From assembly GCA_017561145.1 (NCBI GenBank), contig JAFZDO010000041.1, positions 72,576-136,575 of the forward strand: a DNA stretch of 64,000 nucleotides. The letters are read 5' to 3'. Numbering within the stretch: position 1 is the stretch's first letter; every line of letters starts with the position of its first letter. Made by a program: the position numbers and the translations under genes. The stretch is from Clostridia bacterium. Its GTDB lineage: Bacteria; Bacillota; Clostridia; Oscillospirales; CAG-382. Shown here one piece after another: positions 60,789-64,000 of the stretch. Below the pieces are notes generated by a model. The model saw only the letters and a program-made list of their open reading frames with translations. It ran no database searches and was not told the origin of the DNA.

Positions 60789-62708
60789 TTAACGTTTCAT
60801 CTTCGGGTCGAAAGCGTCTCTCAAGCCGTCGCCCACAAAGTTAAAGGCAATAACCGCCAAGCAGATAAGGCATCCGATAGGAACCCAGATATAAGCATAC
60901 GCTTGTAGATATTCAACCTTTTGAGTGATGTTGTTCATCATGTTGCCCCAGGTTGCCATCGGGTGCTTAACGCCGAGACCGAGGAACGAAAGGGTAGATT
61001 CGGTAATAATAACCGAGCCGAGACCCATTGTAGCCTGAACGATAAGCTGAGGCATTACGTTGGGAACGAGGTGACGGAAGATACGGCGGCTTGTGCTAAG
61101 ACCGGATGCTTCTGCCGCAACCATGAATTCCTGTTCACGGAGAGAAAGGATCTGACCTCTTACCATTCTTGCAACGCCTGCCCAGCCAAGGAAGCCGAGT
61201 ATCGCCATCATCCAGATAAGTCTGGTCTTATAGTCCATTTCAAGCGAGTCAAAGAGTGCACCGGTGATGATAAGGATAGGCATCGAGGGGATACAGTAGA
61301 AGATATCGACCAAACGCATGATAAGGTTGTCTACCATGCCGCCGAAGTAACCTGCGATACCGCCCATGATAACGCCGATGAACATTTCGATAATAACAAC
61401 TACAAAACCTACGAGAAGCGAGATTCTGCCGCCGTACATAATTCTTGCAAGAACGTCCATACCGTTAGCGTCGGTACCGAGAATATGCTCGGAGCTGGGG
61501 TCTTCGTAAATTCTAATCAAATACTTAGCCTGATCGCTCCAAACGGTAAAGTCGTTTTGTTCTCTTATGACCTTAAACGAAACGTTATCCATTACTACGT
61601 TGCCGTTTTCATCCTTTTGAACCTTGTCCTCGATAATAACGGGAGCAATTGCGGTAAAAGGAGTTTCAGCGCCGACGCCGGATGCGTTTTCGATCATTTT
61701 CATAACCGTCTGTTCAAATTCGAGAACGAATTCGATATTAAGAGCGGTCTTGGTATCGTAGCTCGAAGCTACGAAGGGAGAAAGGAACGCAAAATCACTG
61801 CCACCCTTGGTGATGATCACAGTGCCTTCGTCATTTCTTACACCAAACGCTTCGTTTTTATAGGTGAATTCGGTCGCACCGGTAAACACCTTGGAATATG
61901 CAACGTATTTGAATTCACTGTCCTTGTTATAAGTATCGAAATCCGCGGTTTTGTAGAAGGTGGGAGCGTTGACGGTAGAAACGAAATAATACTTTGCTTC
62001 TCTGCCTTCTCCGATATCGCAATAAATATCGTAATCGAGCTTGGAGCCCTTTTTATCCTTTACGATATCGTATTTTTTGCCGTTGAATTCAAAGCTGCCG
62101 GACTTGATACCTGCAGCAGCTGCTGCAGCAAATTCCTCGCCGAGGTCTTCAAAGCCCTCACGGAAGGTGGCCTTACCGCCCACGATCGCATTACCGGAAA
62201 AGTCAGCAATTACAACGTAGGTACTGTCCTTAAGTGCATAAGCATCGTCGGTAAGCTTTACGAGGGTGTAATAAGAACCGTCGTCGGAAGCAATATTGTA
62301 GCTGCTCTTATCAGCTTCGTTTTCGGACTCGAGCATTGTTTTGATAGTGCTGTTAACGTTACGCTCAACAAAGCTTAACGATTTTTTTGTATCCTGATCG
62401 ATTTCGGGATTCCAATAGTTGATAAACTCTTCACGGATCTGACCGACAGCGTATTTACTGTTCTGATATTTGTATCCGTAGAAGGTTTCGTCCTGTGAAT
62501 AGGGATAGAAAATAGGTCCGACAAAGCAGAAAAGGAACAATATAACGAGCACGCAGGTGCCGAATATTGCAAGCTTGTTACGGATAAAACGCTTAAATAC
62601 CAAGCGCGAGGGGCTTAATACCTTAACGCGCGCCGCATCGTCAAGCGCCATTTTGGGCTCTTGATTAGGCTTTTCGTTAAGATTTTCGTCCTGAATCTTG
62701 TTACTCAC
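60789..62708 (-). CDS. OppC-type ABC permease with a ~335-aa extracytoplasmic insertion after TM1
   Basis: GTG start 7 nt after AGGAGGTG. TM1 at aa 46-67. The conserved LGTDANGMDVLARI motif appears only at aa ~410, followed by a normal 232-aa BPD-type core. Confidence 0.9.
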   Translation of the reverse strand: MSNKIQDENLNEKPNQEPKMALDDAARVKVLSPSRLVFKRFIRNKLAIFGTCVLVILFLFCFVGPIFYPYSQDETFYGYKYQNSKYAVGQIREEFINYWNPEIDQDTKKSLSFVERNVNSTIKTMLESENEADKSSYNIASDDGSYYTLVKLTDDAYALKDSTYVVIADFSGNAIVGGKATFREGFEDLGEEFAAAAAAGIKSGSFEFNGKKYDIVKDKKGSKLDYDIYCDIGEGREAKYYFVSTVNAPTFYKTADFDTYNKDSEFKYVAYSKVFTGATEFTYKNEAFGVRNDEGTVIITKGGSDFAFLSPFVASSYDTKTALNIEFVLEFEQTVMKMIENASGVGAETPFTAIAPVIIEDKVQKDENGNVVMDNVSFKVIREQNDFTVWSDQAKYLIRIYEDPSSEHILGTDANGMDVLARIMYGGRISLLVGFVVVIIEMFIGVIMGGIAGYFGGMVDNLIMRLVDIFYCIPSMPILIITGALFDSLEMDYKTRLIWMMAILGFLGWAGVARMVRGQILSLREQEFMVAAEASGLSTSRRIFRHLVPNVMPQLIVQATMGLGSVIITESTLSFLGLGVKHPMATWGNMMNNITQKVEYLQAYAYIWVPIGCLICLAVIAFNFVGDGLRDAFDPKMKR

Positions 62709-62721
62709 GTTGCGGCACCTC

Positions 62722-63711
62722 CTAATTAAGTCTTACGCGCGGGTCAACAACTGCGTAGAGAATATCGGACATCAAAGTGCCCAAAAGAATAAGTATCGAC
62801 GAGAACGCCAGATAGAACATGGTAAACGGAATATCGCCGCCGACCATAGAGTGATAAGAAATGTAACCGATACCTCTGATGTCAAACAGCGTTTCGGTGA
62901 TAAGCGCACCCGAGAAAAGACCGGGGAGCGAACCGCCTACGATAGTTACGATAGGTATAAGTGTATTTCTGAAAGCATGGTAGCCGATAACGCGTTTTTC
63001 CGAAAGACCCTTTGCTCTTGCGGTTCTGATGTAGTCTGCATTAAGAACCTCGAGAGTGTTGGTACGGGTATAACGCATAAGGCCGCCGATACCGATTATA
63101 GTCAAAGTTACAACGGGCAATACCATGTGATGGCAGGTGTCAAGGAACTGACCGAACGCATCAAGGGTAAGATAATCTCTGCCCTGCATACCGCCGATAT
63201 CGAACCAATTAAGGTTTGCGGCAAATACCAATTTCAAAAGTGAAGCAAGGAAGAAGGTAGGCATCGAAATACCAACCAGTGCAACGACCGATATGGTATA
63301 ATCGGCAACTCCGTACTGCTTCTTGGCGGCCAGTATACCCAATGGTATAGCTATTGCCGTCTCCAATATGAATGCAATTACACTAAGTACAAAGCTGTAC
63401 CAAATAACGTCCTGGAATTTATCAACAACAGGCACCGTCCAGCTCCAGCTATCGCCGAATTCGCCTTGCACGGCATTTCCGAGCCAGGTAACGTAACCCG
63501 TGACAATATCTTTATCCATACCGAGATTTGCTTCCATCTCGGAAACCAATTGCTCGTAGCTCTTCGTCATACCGGGCTGAGTAGCAAGCGCACGTGCCTG
63601 CTTTTCGATATAACCGGAAGGCAAGCTTGCCATAAGAGTGTATATAACGAACATTACGATAAACAGTATCAGCGTACAGTAAAGAAGACGCTTGATAATG
63701 AATTTTAACAT
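62722..63711 (-). CDS. OppB-type ABC permease
   Basis: MLKFIIKRLLY N-terminus and the YIRTARAKGLSE (EAA-loop region) typical of OppB/DppB. Confidence 0.9.
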   Translation of the reverse strand: MLKFIIKRLLYCTLILFIVMFVIYTLMASLPSGYIEKQARALATQPGMTKSYEQLVSEMEANLGMDKDIVTGYVTWLGNAVQGEFGDSWSWTVPVVDKFQDVIWYSFVLSVIAFILETAIAIPLGILAAKKQYGVADYTISVVALVGISMPTFFLASLLKLVFAANLNWFDIGGMQGRDYLTLDAFGQFLDTCHHMVLPVVTLTIIGIGGLMRYTRTNTLEVLNADYIRTARAKGLSEKRVIGYHAFRNTLIPIVTIVGGSLPGLFSGALITETLFDIRGIGYISYHSMVGGDIPFTMFYLAFSSILILLGTLMSDILYAVVDPRVRLN

Positions 63712-63756
63712 AAAATTTCACCGTCCTAAGAAAAAATGAGCGGTTGCTAATACTCA

Positions 63757-63787
63757 GTAAGAGTCTGCGGAATCCGCAGACTCTTAC
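63757..63787 (-). other. Perfect 14-bp intercistronic stem-loop between the SBP gene and the permease genes
   Basis: gtaagagtctgcgg-aat-ccgcagactcttac; no U-run on the transcribed (minus) strand. Confidence 0.8.
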
Positions 63788-63830
63788 CAAAAATCATTAA
63801 TTTAAACTAATTAGATAACCGATTCTGCTA

Positions 63831-64000
63831 TTAGTTCATTTCGAGGTTTTCGATATCGTTCATCCAGCCCCAGAAGGTAGTGATGTCGGGAGTCATGGTA
63901 GATACCTTAACTGCTTCGGTAGAAGCGATGATAGCGTTCTGTCTCTGGTAGGTAGGAACTTCTACTGCCCAGTCGAGGATGAGTTCGAGACATGCCTTGT
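63831..64000 (-). CDS. 3' end of a probable peptide-binding SBP gene (OppA position); remainder outside window
   Basis: Open frame to the window edge ending ...TTFWGWMNDIENLEMN-stop (TAA at 63833-63831). Position at the head of the B-C-D-F gene order. Too short for a family-level call. Confidence 0.5.
   Translation of the reverse strand, partial: KACLELILDWAVEVPTYQRQNAIIASTEAVKVSTMTPDITTFWGWMNDIENLEMN

Noticed and set aside
1736-62378. Many long ORFs antisense to the genes I call. Examples: 1736-2761, 4614-5555, 7271-7936, 10470-11354, 13573-14439, 15934-16959, 19867-21000, 28671-30086 (471 aa), 34111-34899, 35537-36397, 47165-48298, 54061-55179, 55213-56058, 58484-59671, 59436-60740 and 60921-62378 (485 aa).
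   Set aside because: For every case I checked by coordinate arithmetic, the antisense ORF is exactly codon-aligned with the sense gene. It therefore stays open simply because the sense gene lacks TTA, CTA and TCA codons. The sense partners carry unambiguous family motifs (radical SAM, ABC ATPase, PPase, GH27 and others) and proper ribosome-binding sites. The antisense translations are low-complexity, Arg/Cys/Val-rich, and lack RBSs.
1-64000. Looked for CRISPR arrays, tRNA/rRNA genes, IS elements, integrases, phage modules, toxin-antitoxin pairs and known defence-system signatures.
   Set aside because: I saw no regularly spaced direct repeats. No intergenic region is long enough for a stable RNA gene with recognisable tRNA or rRNA features. 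No transposase, recombinase or defence-type domains appear in any frame. The only tandem repeats are the two in-frame 18-bp coding repeats.

Overview
Dense, chromosomal-looking 64-kb window from a Gram-positive, Clostridia-type genome. This is inferred from GGAGG-type ribosome-binding sites, TTGACA/TATAAT promoters, lipobox lipoproteins, a cohesin/dockerin protein and the gene content. An Oscillospiraceae/Ruminococcaceae-like anaerobe is my best guess, not proven. I call about 59 protein-coding genes on both strands, most bounded by clear stem-loop terminators. Housekeeping content: the 3' part of a class A PBP, YgiQ radical SAM plus VOC protein, a PerR-rubrerythrin operon, DNA polymerase I, a B12-type radical SAM enzyme, RsmI, galactokinase, thiamine pyrophosphokinase, a dGTPase-like HD protein, a K+-independent-type membrane H+-pyrophosphatase, a cation/proton antiporter, MATE and ABC exporters, two two-component systems, and an Opp/Dpp-type peptide ABC importer running off the right edge. 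Accessory content has two parts. One is a scatter of glycan-scavenging genes: SGNH esterase lipoprotein, GH27, DUF4434-like plus discoidin lipoprotein, GH25 muramidase, a sialate-O-acetylesterase-like gene, and an orphan SBP with a PfkB kinase. The other is a regulator-rich block (41-53 kb) with two paralogous HTH-TPR regulators, an ECF-type sigma factor carrying a ~395-aa extension, a MerR operon with a textbook 19-bp-spacer promoter, and several proteins I cannot place. I recognised no rRNA, tRNA, CRISPR array, transposase, integrase or phage gene. No complete novel system can be proven from sequence alone. The best candidates for follow-up are: (1) a two-cohesin plus dockerin protein translationally coupled to a lipoprotein, a YitT protein and an FkbM methyltransferase; (2) the long-tailed ECF sigma factor and the neighbouring divergent pair of unknown genes; (3) the Opp-type transporter with a ~335-aa extracytoplasmic insertion in its OppC-like permease; (4) an E2-like acyltransferase with DER in place of the catalytic DHR. 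The many 200-480-aa ORFs antisense to real genes in the ORF track are codon-aligned shadow frames and are rejected.
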